From an uncultured Candidatus Saccharibacteria bacterium (GTDB lineage: Bacteria; Patescibacteriota; Minisyncoccia; Phycocordibacterales; UBA9973): a stretch of 55,129 nt of DNA. This document shows positions 9,145 to 18,966 of this stretch, piece after piece. The stretch is taken from assembly GCA_964390875.1 (NCBI GenBank), contig CAYMIO010000001.1, positions 49,875-105,003 of the forward strand, written 5' to 3'. Position numbers and translations under genes: made by a program. The notes under the pieces are model-generated. The model ran no database searches. It was given only the letters and a program-made list of their open reading frames with translations, and was not told the DNA's origin. Every line of letters begins with the position of its first letter. The first letter of the stretch is position 1.

Positions 9145-9930
9145 ATGTCTACGATTTATACAGATACGAATCGCTACCTCATAAAACAAGCATCTGCGGA
9201 TAAGATTATTGGCAAGTGGAAAGATGTAGTTGACGAAATAGTGCGAAGCTACAAAGAGCATCTCGACGATGCGCTTCTTTCTGTGTATATCGCCGGAAGT
9301 GTCGCTCATGGTACTGCTGTGGAAGTGACTTCAGATGTTGACTCATATGCAATCGTGAATTTGAGTAAGGAAGAAATCGAAGCAATGGAATCTCTTTTTT
9401 CCACTGAGCGAAAAAGGATTAACGCGCTGTTTCCTTTTCAACGACGAGTCGAAATGTATCTTGTGCCTGGCGACGCTCTTTCTGAAGGAAAAAAGTTTCA
9501 AATGAAGGTGTTTGCAACGTGTGTATATGGGAAAGATTTTAGTAGCGAATTGCCAGACTACAGACTAGACAAAGAAACAATCGGGCGCGTTCGTGTGAAT
9601 ATGGGAAGGGGTATTGAAACTGCGCTTAAAGAATTGCAGGAAAACGATGATAGTGAAGAGATAAAAAAGATAACTGCGTGGATTTCAAAACGCCTCATTC
9701 GCTCTGCTGGAATGATGTGTATCTGGAAACAAGATTTCTTCACTATGGAACTGGTAAAAATGATGGAGCTCGTGAAAGCTGAATATCCGCAAAAAGAAGA
9801 AGAGTTTTCTTTGTTGTACGGATGGACTCAGAATCCTCCGTCTGATAAAGAACCGGTAATGGACATTTTGAATTCTTTTGGTGAATGGTTAGTGGAGGAG
9901 GATAAGAGAGTTTTTGAAAATAGTAATTAA
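9145..9930 (+). CDS. nucleotidyltransferase-domain protein (AadA/ANT-like architecture)
   Basis: Pol-beta NTase signature YIAGSVAHG(x10)DVDSYAIV followed by a helical C-terminal domain. Confidence 0.65.
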   Translation: MSTIYTDTNRYLIKQASADKIIGKWKDVVDEIVRSYKEHLDDALLSVYIAGSVAHGTAVEVTSDVDSYAIVNLSKEEIEAMESLFSTERKRINALFPFQRRVEMYLVPGDALSEGKKFQMKVFATCVYGKDFSSELPDYRLDKETIGRVRVNMGRGIETALKELQENDDSEEIKKITAWISKRLIRSAGMMCIWKQDFFTMELVKMMELVKAEYPQKEEEFSLLYGWTQNPPSDKEPVMDILNSFGEWLVEEDKRVFENSN

Positions 9931-9941
9931 AGTAAATAGAC

Positions 9942-10475
9942 ATGTTCGACGCTCGTATATTTCCTAAAGATTTAAAAGATGCTGAAGAAGTTCTTCGTCG
10001 TGAGAATGCGGATTTTAAAGGTGAATATAGTATTACCGACAAAATCTATGTTTCCAAAGAGCCGTCTCAAACACTGGGTAACGTTTTTTTACGTCTTCGG
10101 ATAGTGCCGAAGAATATTTGGAATGAGTCGGCAGTTATTGTGTCTATAAAGAATACTGAACTCGCAAGCATTGGAAAGCAATCAGTCATTCCACTCAAAA
10201 AAGGATTTGAAACAGAAGCTGAGGCGGAAGCGTTTATACAGGAGAACTACGCTGATCAATTTGAATTTTCTTTTTCTTTCGACCGAATTGGCTGGCAGTA
10301 TTTTCTCGGAGAAGATGGAGTTGATCTGGAAGATATAGAATCTCATCCGTCGATAGAATTCAAATCGAAAACTGAAGAAGGGTTGCGCGCGCTACTCAGG
10401 CGTTTCAACGTTGATGCGTCTCAGGTGATTTCAGGACCATCGGTGGTGGCGGTGAAAGAAGTTTTGAAAAGATAA
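9942..10475 (+). CDS. CYTH-like (triphosphate tunnel) fold protein, catalytic motif degenerate
   Basis: The strand pattern FLRLRI...IVSIKNTEL...VDLEDIE...IEFKS resembles CyaB/CYTH proteins. The N-terminus reads FDARIF instead of ExExK. Confidence 0.4.
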   Translation: MFDARIFPKDLKDAEEVLRRENADFKGEYSITDKIYVSKEPSQTLGNVFLRLRIVPKNIWNESAVIVSIKNTELASIGKQSVIPLKKGFETEAEAEAFIQENYADQFEFSFSFDRIGWQYFLGEDGVDLEDIESHPSIEFKSKTEEGLRALLRRFNVDASQVISGPSVVAVKEVLKR

Positions 10476-10512
10476 AATCGGTATCTCTTTGTTGTTTGGT
10501 ATACTTATTCTC

Positions 10513-10899
10513 ATGAAAATGAAAACCTACAAAACGGTCGACGCATACATCGCTTCATTTCCCAAAGAGGTACAGAAACGTTTGAATGAGCTTCGCTTGG
10601 CTATCAAAAAGAACGCGCCGAAGGCTGAAGAGAAGATTAGCTATGGCATGCCGGGGTACACGCTTGGGTCGCCGCTCGTGTATTTTGGCGCTTTCCAAAA
10701 ACATATCGGCTTCTATGCAACACCTTCTGGGAACATCGCATTTCGAAAAGAACTTTTAAAATACAAAACGTCAAAAGGCGCCGTGCAGTTTCCGTTCGAC
10801 AAGCCGCTTCCACTAACGCTCATCGCGAAAATCGTGAAATTTCGCGTGAAGGAAAATATCGAAAAAATGAAAATGAAGAAGCAAGCGATTAACAAGTAA
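10513..10899 (+). CDS. DUF1801 (YdhG-like) domain protein
   Basis: VDAYIASFPKEVQKRLNELRxxIKKxAPxAEEKISYGMPGY is typical of DUF1801. TATACT lies 7 nt upstream of the ATG at 10513. Confidence 0.75.
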   Translation: MKMKTYKTVDAYIASFPKEVQKRLNELRLAIKKNAPKAEEKISYGMPGYTLGSPLVYFGAFQKHIGFYATPSGNIAFRKELLKYKTSKGAVQFPFDKPLPLTLIAKIVKFRVKENIEKMKMKKQAINK

Positions 10900-10906
10900 T
10901 CCACCC

Positions 10907-11164
10907 GTGTCACACTTCGTCTACATCCTTGAATGCGCCGACCTTACACTGTATGTGGGTGCAACGAACAATCTTGAAAAGCGGGTGCATCAGCACAACA
11001 CTTCGAAAGCTGGTGCGCATTATACGAAAATCCGTAGGCCTGTTGTTTTGAAATATTCAGAAACATTCGAGACTCTCACAGAGGCAAGAGCGAGGGAGGC
11101 CGAGCTCAAAAAGTGGACGAGAGAAAAAAAGATGCAACTTATTTCAAAAAATAACAGTAGATGA
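10907..11164 (+). CDS. GIY-YIG nuclease family protein (UPF0213-type, stand-alone)
   Basis: FVYILECADLTLYVGATNNLEKRVHQHN...ARAREAELKKW. GTG start. Confidence 0.85.
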   Translation: MSHFVYILECADLTLYVGATNNLEKRVHQHNTSKAGAHYTKIRRPVVLKYSETFETLTEARAREAELKKWTREKKMQLISKNNSR

Positions 11165-11235
11165 GTGGCGCTTAGGTATGTTTTCTTTTTTGGATTTTGT
11201 GTGGTATTCTGTAAAAAAAATTAAAATCATATCTC

Positions 11236-11454
11236 ATGAAACGTAAACTTATCGCCGAAGGCGTAACGGTTCCCAAGAAAGATGAACAAGGGAAGATTCA
11301 TTTTGTGCGCGTACCTCGGAGTTCTATAAAAACAATTGAAATACCTAGAGAGGTAGAGGTAAAAATCTATACAAATTATTTTATGGATAGAATCTACATG
11401 CAACTTGCTTCCGAGAACGATCGAAAGGCTATGAAGGATCAGTTCGTAGTTTAA
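11236..11454 (+). CDS. small hypothetical protein (72 aa)
   Basis: An ORF followed directly by a strong terminator. No motif recognised. Confidence 0.45.
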   Translation: MKRKLIAEGVTVPKKDEQGKIHFVRVPRSSIKTIEIPREVEVKIYTNYFMDRIYMQLASENDRKAMKDQFVV

Positions 11455-11460
11455 ATATAA

Positions 11461-11497
11461 AAAGCTGTTTATCGTAAGATAGGCAGCTTTTTTTTGT
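11461..11497 (+). terminator. rho-independent terminator
   Basis: AAAGCTG...CAGCTTTTTTTT hairpin with an inner TATC/GATA stem. Confidence 0.7.
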
Positions 11498-11546
11498 GTA
11501 GCATACTGGGGTATCACTTCAGTTTTTTGATTGGTATACTGTAAGT

Positions 11547-13700
11547 ATGAGAATAAGAATCCTTCGATTTGGTTTATGTGTGGTGGCATGCACTGCTGTT
11601 GTTTTTTCAGTCGCATACGCACAAACAGAAACCGACAAAGTACCACCAAGCATTTCGAGTGTGGCAGCTGAAAATGTTGGCCGAAACAGCGCGACTGTCA
11701 CGTGGACAACAGATGAGCCTGCTATCGGGCATGTTGAATACGGAGTGAGCAGCGACGCGCTCGATCGAGTATCAAGCGACAAACTACAAACAACTCACTC
11801 TTTGGAACTTCCCGATTTGTTTGCCGGAGCAGAGTACGTGTTTTGTGTCGGTGCTGTTGACGAAGCGGGGAACGAAGCACAAGAATGCGGCTTTTCTTTC
11901 ACTACGATTACTGTTCCTACTCCCGACCGCATTCCTCCTGTTCTCACTGGTATGAGAGTCGTATCTGTGTCTGAAACATCGGCAACGATTCAGTGGGATA
12001 CCGATACACCAAGTGATGGGCGTGTGCGATATGGTACCACTGAAGAATATACGAGTGAGACCGCATTTGAAGAAACGTTTAATACCACACATACACAGGT
12101 GCTCACCGATTTGTCTGGGGGAACACTGTATCATTTCAAAATTTCTATGGTTGATGAGTCTGGTAATACGGCAATTTCTGAAGACTATTTATTTACCACA
12201 ACCAGTCAGCGCTCGGGAGGTGGATCACATACTTCTCCTCAGTTGCCTATAGATGATGTAAAAGCAACCGATGTCACCAGCGCGCACACTACGGTCACGT
12301 GGAATACCGAAGTGCCAACTGCTTCGTACGTTGAGTACGGCGTAACCAGTTCATATGGATTGAGTGCTACTCATACTGGTGAACCCAAAACACATCATGA
12401 GCACCAACTCACGTCACTCATCGCCAACACTGAGTATCATTTTCGTGTTGTGTCTTCAGATAGTGACGGAGGAGTGTCGTATTCTACCGACCACACATTC
12501 ACGACACAAAAAGGAGCAGGCGACAGTACTCCTCCGCTTCCCGTTACAAATCTTGCTGTCACTCGGGTGACACCATACTCGGCTGTGGTGAGCTGGACTG
12601 CCCCCGCCGACGCTACGGGAGTGCTTGCCTATGATATCAACCGCTCGAAGCGTGTGATTACCGAAGAGAGTTTTGAAGATACTGAAACGATCCACGATAC
12701 AGAAATACTTCTTCGTACTCCATCTAAAGAGGGTGACAGGTACAGCTATACAGTCGAAGGACTCACGCCACGCTCTGTGTGGTACGTTGCCCTGCGCTCG
12801 ATAGATACCATGGGGAATGTGTCGCTCATATCAAATAACGCAGTACTTAATACTCTCGATGTATCGGATGTTCCTGGGATAGCACTTTCGCAGGTAGAGA
12901 ATGTAGAAGCGGTTGGTTTGGATCGTCTTGTCTCGATCGCATGGAAATATCCTTTGCAAGGAGGATCTCGTGTGCGTGTTGTGCGCGGCACGTCTTCGTA
13001 TCCAGACACTCCTACCTCAGGTACGCTGATATACGAAGGTGGCCGTACGATGGTGAGTGATGCGGGTCTAGTGAATGGAAAAACGTATTACTATTCTTTG
13101 TTCCTCTATGGTGAATCAGCTTCGTATTCAGAACCCGTCCAGTTTGCTATTGCTCCGTACGCTGAACGATTCCATTACCACGTGCTTCGAGTAAAAGAAG
13201 ATGTTCCACAAAAAAGTATTACAAAAAATCTTTCAAGAGGTGACAAAAGTACAGAAGTAGAACACCTCCAAGAAATACTCGCAACTGATCCGTCCGTGTA
13301 TCCAGAAGGATTAGTGACTGGTTTCTTTGGAGTGCTCACCGAAAAAGCAGTAGAGCGTTTGCAGCAGCGTCTTGGTCTTACCTCTACCGGCCGTGTTGAT
13401 GCTCCGACTCGAGAAGCACTTTCGCAGACCTTTTCTGAGACATCTCTTGAAGAAGAAACACAAGAAGGGTTGGTGCACGCTCTTTCATATGATCTTTCGT
13501 ACGGTATGAGTGGCCCCCATGTGCGCATGTTCCAAACATATCTTGCTCAAAAAGGATTTCTCAAACCTGCGCACGTTACCGGATTTTTTGGAAGCCTCAC
13601 TCGGGCTGCAGTTCAGTCTCTTCAGCGCATGTACGGGATCACACCGTCGTCAGGACATGTGGGTTCTATGACACGCGCGAAGATCCTCGAAAATAGATAA
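11547..13700 (+). CDS. secreted protein with five FN3-like repeats and two C-terminal peptidoglycan-binding (PG_binding_1-like) domains
   Basis: Signal peptide. Repeats share the pattern PP...SAT(V/I)xWxTD.P....V.YG....L....H...L..L...T.Y.F.....D..GN......FTT. Two C-terminal modules have the form LQxxLxxxG...VTGFFGxLTxxAVxxLQ. Confidence 0.85.
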   Translation: MRIRILRFGLCVVACTAVVFSVAYAQTETDKVPPSISSVAAENVGRNSATVTWTTDEPAIGHVEYGVSSDALDRVSSDKLQTTHSLELPDLFAGAEYVFCVGAVDEAGNEAQECGFSFTTITVPTPDRIPPVLTGMRVVSVSETSATIQWDTDTPSDGRVRYGTTEEYTSETAFEETFNTTHTQVLTDLSGGTLYHFKISMVDESGNTAISEDYLFTTTSQRSGGGSHTSPQLPIDDVKATDVTSAHTTVTWNTEVPTASYVEYGVTSSYGLSATHTGEPKTHHEHQLTSLIANTEYHFRVVSSDSDGGVSYSTDHTFTTQKGAGDSTPPLPVTNLAVTRVTPYSAVVSWTAPADATGVLAYDINRSKRVITEESFEDTETIHDTEILLRTPSKEGDRYSYTVEGLTPRSVWYVALRSIDTMGNVSLISNNAVLNTLDVSDVPGIALSQVENVEAVGLDRLVSIAWKYPLQGGSRVRVVRGTSSYPDTPTSGTLIYEGGRTMVSDAGLVNGKTYYYSLFLYGESASYSEPVQFAIAPYAERFHYHVLRVKEDVPQKSITKNLSRGDKSTEVEHLQEILATDPSVYPEGLVTGFFGVLTEKAVERLQQRLGLTSTGRVDAPTREALSQTFSETSLEEETQEGLVHALSYDLSYGMSGPHVRMFQTYLAQKGFLKPAHVTGFFGSLTRAAVQSLQRMYGITPSSGHVGSMTRAKILENR

Positions 13701-13730
13701 AGGAAGCATACTCCGGTATACTTACACTCT

Positions 13731-14330
13731 ATGAAAAATATACTCATTGTCGGTGCTCTGCTTGTTGCCGGTTTTTTCGCGTTTCGTTTTTACTACAGGA
13801 CACCTGCGGTACATACTTCTCCCGCTCCTGTACCTTCAGAGTTTTCAGAAATGTACACACAGAACACTAACGGATTTTCAATTTATTACAAAAAAGGCTA
13901 TACCGTTGATGAATCGTATATCTACCAGATGAATCCCGAGAAAATGATCGCTGGAGTGAAATTCACCATACCTGCTTCTATGAAAGGAAATACAAATCTT
14001 TCAAACGACAGCTATCTGAGTGTTGAGCAGATCTCAAATACTGAAACCTGTAGCGCCGATCTTTTCCTTGATGGTTCGCACTCTGCCGAAGAAAGAATTG
14101 AAAATAGCACGACGTACTCTTTTGTTTCTGCTGAAAATGCCGGAGCGGGTAATCGATATGAAGAAACAGTGTACGCACTTCCCGGAACAAACCCCTGCGT
14201 CGCCGTCCGCTATTTCATCCACTACACCAATATCCAGAATTACGATCCAGGTACGATCCGCGAGTTCGACCGCGACGCGCTCTTGAAAGAATTTGATGCG
14301 ATGCGAAAAACGCTGGTGGTGAGTCAATAA
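13731..14330 (+). CDS. hypothetical membrane-anchored protein
   Basis: 199 aa with an N-terminal TM helix (ILIVGALLVAGFFAFRFYY). TATACT lies 8 nt upstream of the ATG. Confidence 0.55.
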   Translation: MKNILIVGALLVAGFFAFRFYYRTPAVHTSPAPVPSEFSEMYTQNTNGFSIYYKKGYTVDESYIYQMNPEKMIAGVKFTIPASMKGNTNLSNDSYLSVEQISNTETCSADLFLDGSHSAEERIENSTTYSFVSAENAGAGNRYEETVYALPGTNPCVAVRYFIHYTNIQNYDPGTIREFDRDALLKEFDAMRKTLVVSQ

Positions 14331-14372
14331 TGTCAGCGTACTGTTCCAAAGTATGCTATGCTTTTTACCTGT

Positions 14373-15332
14373 ATGACCAACGAATCAATTATTTCAATAA
14401 AGAATCTTAGTAAATCATTCAAAGAGGTGAAGGTGCTTGAAGGTATCAACCTGGAAGTTGAAAAGGGAACAATGCTCGCGCTCCTTGGCCCGAACGGTGC
14501 TGGTAAAACAACAACGGTGCGTATTTTGAGTACACTGCTCAAACCTGATGGTGGAACGGTGACTGTTGCAGGAGTTGATATTATGCAAAACCCAAATGGT
14601 GTCCGTTCAAACATTGGCCTGACTGGACAGTATGCTGCCGTGGATGAATTCCTTACCGCGCGCGAAAACTTGCTTATGATGGGACGTCTCTATCACCTTG
14701 GCAAGGCTGATGCGAAGCGCCGTGGGGAAGAGCTTCTTGCAGAGTTTGACCTCATGGATGCAGCCGACCGTATTGTGAAAACCTATTCAGGAGGTATGCG
14801 TCGTCGCCTCGACTTGGCAGCCAGCCTTATCGCAACTCCACCTATTCTTTTTCTTGATGAACCGACAACTGGCCTTGATCCGCGCAGTCGTATAAAAATC
14901 TGGGAGATCATCAAAAAGCTTTTGAAAGAAGGAACAACCATTCTTCTCACAACGCAGTATCTTGAAGAAGCCGATAAGCTTGCCGACAAGATCGCGGTGC
15001 TTGATCATGGAAAAATTATTGCCTATGGAACGGCCGATGAGCTCAAAGCAAAAGTGGGTAAAGACCGACTCGAATTGGTGATTGCAGAAGAAAGCAATTT
15101 TAGAGAGGCGCAGAAAATCGCGGGAGGTGAAGCGGTGGTTGCAAAAGAAGACGATCGCATCATCAGTCTCACAACTGATGGAAGTGTCGACAACATCAAA
15201 ACTGTTCTGGATACAATGGAAAAAGCCGGCATTCGCCTTGAAAGCTTTTCGCTTCACAAGCCAACGCTCGATGATGTGTTCTTGAAACTTACCGGACAGG
15301 CTGCAGTAGAAACTAAGGAAACTAACGAGTAG
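14373..15332 (+). CDS. ABC transporter ATP-binding protein (DrrA/ABC-2 type)
   Basis: Walker A GPNGAGKTT, signature YSGGMRRRL, Walker B ILFLDEPTTGLD. The start could also be 14358. Confidence 0.9.
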   Translation: MTNESIISIKNLSKSFKEVKVLEGINLEVEKGTMLALLGPNGAGKTTTVRILSTLLKPDGGTVTVAGVDIMQNPNGVRSNIGLTGQYAAVDEFLTARENLLMMGRLYHLGKADAKRRGEELLAEFDLMDAADRIVKTYSGGMRRRLDLAASLIATPPILFLDEPTTGLDPRSRIKIWEIIKKLLKEGTTILLTTQYLEEADKLADKIAVLDHGKIIAYGTADELKAKVGKDRLELVIAEESNFREAQKIAGGEAVVAKEDDRIISLTTDGSVDNIKTVLDTMEKAGIRLESFSLHKPTLDDVFLKLTGQAAVETKETNE

Positions 15333-15336
15333 TAAT

Positions 15337-16155
15337 ATGGAAACACCAACAACACACAACGATATCGCTATTCCAATGAAACGATCGAAGTTCTACTTCG
15401 CGTTTTCAGATACCGGAGTGCTTATCAAGCGTAGTCTTACCCACATCATCAAGAATCCCGATCAACTTCTTTCGGTAGTCATTTCGCCGATTATGTTTAT
15501 GCTTCTTTTCCGGTACGTGTTCGGCGGAGCGATCAACACGGGGGATACGAGCTACGTGAACTATCTGGTCGCTGGTATCTTGGTGCAAACAGCCGCGTTT
15601 GGTGCGCTCACTACTTCGCTTTCTGTTGCCAATGACTTAAAACAAGGAATCATCGAACGATTGAAGTCTCTTCCGATAGCATCTTCGGCTGTACTCACGG
15701 GGCACGTTGTGGCCGACCTTGTGCGAAATGTTCTTTCGTCAGTTGTTATGATCGGTATCGCGCTTCTCGTCGGTTTTCGTCCTACTGCAACGGTAGGTGA
15801 TTGGTTCCTCATCCTCGGTCTTCTTCTTATTTTCACGTTCGCTATTTCGTGGCTTTCGGCTATCATGGGTCTTCTTGCAAAAACAGTCGAAGCAGTGCAG
15901 TGGCTTGGTTTTGTCGCTGTTTTTCCGCTCACGTTTGCTTCGAGCGCGTTCGTTCCGACAGATGGCATGGCAAAAGGAATCCGTGTGTTTGCTGAAAACC
16001 AGCCAGTCACGCATGTGATCGAAGCGATGCGTTCGCTCATGATAGGCACTCCAATGGGGAATCACGGCCTTTTGGCGGTGGTGTGGTGTGGTGGGTTCAT
16101 CATTCTCGCGATACCACTTGCTGGATATCTTTTCAGGAAATATACAGGAAAGTAA
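15337..16155 (+). CDS. ABC-2 type transporter permease
   Basis: 272 aa with six hydrophobic helices, 4 nt downstream of the ATPase gene. Confidence 0.85.
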   Translation: METPTTHNDIAIPMKRSKFYFAFSDTGVLIKRSLTHIIKNPDQLLSVVISPIMFMLLFRYVFGGAINTGDTSYVNYLVAGILVQTAAFGALTTSLSVANDLKQGIIERLKSLPIASSAVLTGHVVADLVRNVLSSVVMIGIALLVGFRPTATVGDWFLILGLLLIFTFAISWLSAIMGLLAKTVEAVQWLGFVAVFPLTFASSAFVPTDGMAKGIRVFAENQPVTHVIEAMRSLMIGTPMGNHGLLAVVWCGGFIILAIPLAGYLFRKYTGK

Positions 16156-16169
16156 GATACAATATACGT

Positions 16170-16670
16170 ATGTCTCAATCCGCTAAAATACTCACCGGTC
16201 TTTTGGGAGTTGTCGTAGTACTCGGTGCTTTGTTTTTGTTTTTTAAAGAAAAAAAGAATGCGCAGGAAGATGCTGTGGGAGAATCGGAAGTGCGTGTTGT
16301 TGTGTCTGAATTTTCTTCAAAAATAACAAACGTCTCACTTCTCTTACCTCAGAGTCAACTCCGAACAGTGATGGAAAAAGAATATGCGCAGTATGTATCC
16401 GCAGAACTCATGGATGTGTGGGCACAAAACCCTACCAGCGCTATCGGTGATGCGAGAGGGTCTTCTTCTCCGTACGATATTGAAATTGTAAACATGTTTC
16501 GAAATGATGATGGCTCGTACATTGTAGAAGGGCACGTTCGGAGTCTCGAAGATGTTTCAGGTACACTGTTTTCATATCCGGTCACTCTTGGTCTTCAATA
16601 TCTTTCTGGTATGTGGATGATCACTGAGTCGGCACAAGGATTTTTATTCTCACACGCAACTACCAAGTAA
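16170..16670 (+). CDS. hypothetical membrane-anchored protein
   Basis: N-terminal TM helix (ILTGLLGVVVVLGALFLFF). TACAAT lies 6 nt upstream of the ATG at 16170. The ORF track start at 16083 overlaps the permease gene. Confidence 0.55.
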   Translation: MSQSAKILTGLLGVVVVLGALFLFFKEKKNAQEDAVGESEVRVVVSEFSSKITNVSLLLPQSQLRTVMEKEYAQYVSAELMDVWAQNPTSAIGDARGSSSPYDIEIVNMFRNDDGSYIVEGHVRSLEDVSGTLFSYPVTLGLQYLSGMWMITESAQGFLFSHATTK

Positions 16671-16673
16671 TAT

Positions 16674-17180
16674 ATGAAACGGACAATTCGCGTGAACGAC
16701 AAAATGCAGAAAGGGTATCAGTATACGTGCACTGAACCCGTGGGAAAAAAGTTTGATCCTGAATTTAAACCAGACCTTTCACCAAAAGAAATGCTTGCGC
16801 TCGGTGTGTTTGGTGGAAAGTACATGACCGATTGCCTGAAAGAATTTCCCGCAAGCTGGTTTACAAAAGCGAAGCTTTCTCCAGAAAAGAAAAATCCGAA
16901 ACTCAATTATTTTGGCGTTGATGCCAGTCAGCCTCTTTCTGTGTGGAGAGAAAAAGGGTGGATAGGAAAGGAGGATCCGCGTGGGTGGTTCCAGTGGTAT
17001 TGTCGCTACTATATGGGACGAAGGATTCCTGAAGAAGACAGGCGGCAGATACGAAGGTGGAAGGCGATGAAGCGGCATATTGCGCAGGTTGTTCACAAGT
17101 GTCGCAGGGGGGACTACTCGTGTAATACGCGGCAGCGACAAGCGCTGCTTCACTGGGCGTACGATGCGCGGAAGATTTAA
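16674..17180 (+). CDS. conserved hypothetical protein (Trp/Arg-rich)
   Basis: 168 aa with the distinctive GWFQWYCRYYMGRRIPEEDRRQIRRW segment. I have seen this pattern in uncharacterised proteins but cannot name the family. Confidence 0.55.
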   Translation: MKRTIRVNDKMQKGYQYTCTEPVGKKFDPEFKPDLSPKEMLALGVFGGKYMTDCLKEFPASWFTKAKLSPEKKNPKLNYFGVDASQPLSVWREKGWIGKEDPRGWFQWYCRYYMGRRIPEEDRRQIRRWKAMKRHIAQVVHKCRRGDYSCNTRQRQALLHWAYDARKI

Positions 17181-17249
17181 AAAACTCTTTCTATTAAAGC
17201 TGTTCCGTACTACAATTACTGTATTAGCACGATAATAAGAACATACTTT

Positions 17250-17627
17250 ATGGCAAAGAAATCAAATGTAGGAAAAGCAGTAGCAATCGGAGCGGGTGTC
17301 GCAGCACTTTCAGTTGGCGCATATTTACTTTTTGGTCCAAACGGAAAAAAGAATCGTAAGGCTGCTCGCAGTTGGATGATGAAGATGAAAGGTGAAGTTA
17401 TGGAAAAGGTAGAAGGTTTGAAAGAAGTAACAGCGCCTCTCTATGAAAAAGCAGTCAGCGAAGTAGGTGCGAAATACGCAAAACTCAAAAATGTAGACAA
17501 AGGAGAACTTGCAGCTGAAATCGCCGAAATGAAGCGTCACTGGAAATCTATGACGAAGAAAGGTGGTGCAAAGAAGAAGGCTGTCAAAAAAGGAGCACAG
17601 AAGCCAGCTGCTAAAGCAAAGAAATAG
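17250..17627 (+). CDS. YtxH-like membrane-anchored protein with a lysine-rich tail
   Basis: GAGVAALSVGAYLLFGPNGKKNRK matches the YtxH N-terminal pattern. The C-terminus reads KKGGAKKKAVKKGAQKPAAKAKK. Confidence 0.6.
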   Translation: MAKKSNVGKAVAIGAGVAALSVGAYLLFGPNGKKNRKAARSWMMKMKGEVMEKVEGLKEVTAPLYEKAVSEVGAKYAKLKNVDKGELAAEIAEMKRHWKSMTKKGGAKKKAVKKGAQKPAAKAKK

Positions 17628-18285
17628 TCAGCGAACTTTCCTGAGGGATTGTTATCTCAAACACACATGGTTTCTTTCTGTGTGATGAAGCGGTAAAAAA
17701 TCCACCGAAAGCATGTGTCAGTATATCTGCGGTTACAGAGCCTTCCATGTGAGGCTCTTTTCCGTTGTAGGTGAGAGTCAGCACCACCCCTGTATCTTTG
17801 CGCGTGAGAGCTATGTGAACAGCATGACTTCGCTTTGTCGTGGCCGCAGCTTCCAAAAGACAATCGATAACTATCTGTCGATAGAGCAGTGGATTCCCTG
17901 TAAGAGTAATGTCTTCCGAATCGGTACAGACAAACTCTACACAAAAACGCCGCGCAGTCGACTGCGCCAGTATCACAGCGTTTCGTATTTCTTCGTTTGC
18001 TGAAAAAACATCATCCGTCTTTGTGATATCAAAACGTTCAGTTGCAAGGGCAAGGAGTGCGCGCGCCTTTGCGCAGTGTTCAAGCGCTGAAGCAATAGCG
18101 GTATCTTTCATCGTATCTGTACTGCCTGAGTGGTCGAGAGATTCCACCGCAAGTACGACAGCTTGCAGTGGGTTCATGAGATCGTGGAATATTCCTTCGG
18201 CGAGGCGTCCAGACGAAGCTTCAAGGTGGAGTTTCCAGAGTTCGTGGTTTTCGAGAGTGTAAGTAGGTGAATGTGCGGGCATCAT
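17611..18285 (-). CDS. soluble histidine-kinase-like protein with a degenerate ATP-binding domain
   Basis: H-box EGIFHDLMNPLQAV is present. There is no TM or sensor domain. I could not find the N-box Asn or the G1/G2 glycine boxes in the C-terminal half. Confidence 0.6.
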   Translation of the reverse strand: MMPAHSPTYTLENHELWKLHLEASSGRLAEGIFHDLMNPLQAVVLAVESLDHSGSTDTMKDTAIASALEHCAKARALLALATERFDITKTDDVFSANEEIRNAVILAQSTARRFCVEFVCTDSEDITLTGNPLLYRQIVIDCLLEAAATTKRSHAVHIALTRKDTGVVLTLTYNGKEPHMEGSVTADILTHAFGGFFTASSHRKKPCVFEITIPQESSLTISLL

Positions 18286-18291
18286 CGCGAG

Positions 18292-18966
18292 CTATTTATG
18301 AATGTCGATCTTGTATCCACGACCAGGAACGCTGTGTATGATTTTCTTTCGGTTGCCGCTGTGGAGTTTTTTGCGGAGGTTGAGTATGTGCGTTTCTATG
18401 GTATTGGAAAAGGGGTCAAGGTTGGCATCCCAGATATGTTCCATGATCTCACCACGCGAAACCACGGCACCTGCGTGTTTCATTAGATATTCGAGCAGAG
18501 AGAATTCTTTTTTTGTGAGATAGATAGCATCTTTGCCACGAGTGACTCGTTGTTTGTTGGTGTCGAGAGTGAGATCTCCAAAGGCAAGGATGCATGAATT
18601 CTGTATGGGCGGACGTCTCAGTACGGCTTGAATGCGAGCGTAGAGTTCATCAAAAAGAAATGGTTTACCAAGATAGTCATCGGCGCCTAGTTCAAGACCC
18701 GCAACTTTTTTTGGTGTATCGTTTGAAACAGAAATAATGATAATAGGAGTATGCTTTCCGAAAAATCGGAGTTCTTTACAGATTTCAAAACCACTTTTCC
18801 CAGGAAGCGCACAGTCTAGCAGAATGAGATCGTACTCATTCGTTTTTGCAAGAAAGAGACCTCGGTCTCCGTCGTACGCATTGTCTACCGCAAAACACTT
18901 TTCTTCCAGCCTGTTTTTCAACAGAGTTACAAATTCTACATTGTCCTCAATGATTAACAATCTCAT
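18292..18966 (-). CDS. OmpR-family response regulator
   Basis: Receiver domain (LLIIEDN, DLILLDCALPGKSG, KPF) plus a winged-helix domain (LTKKEFSLLEYLM...VPGRGYKI). Sits 6 nt upstream of the kinase-like gene. Confidence 0.9.
   Translation of the reverse strand: MRLLIIEDNVEFVTLLKNRLEEKCFAVDNAYDGDRGLFLAKTNEYDLILLDCALPGKSGFEICKELRFFGKHTPIIIISVSNDTPKKVAGLELGADDYLGKPFLFDELYARIQAVLRRPPIQNSCILAFGDLTLDTNKQRVTRGKDAIYLTKKEFSLLEYLMKHAGAVVSRGEIMEHIWDANLDPFSNTIETHILNLRKKLHSGNRKKIIHSVPGRGYKIDIHK

Noticed and set aside
10907-11164. GIY-YIG protein as a homing endonuclease or mobile intron marker.
   Set aside because: It is the short stand-alone UPF0213 type (85 aa) with no DNA-binding extension. It is not embedded in another gene or an intron-like structure.
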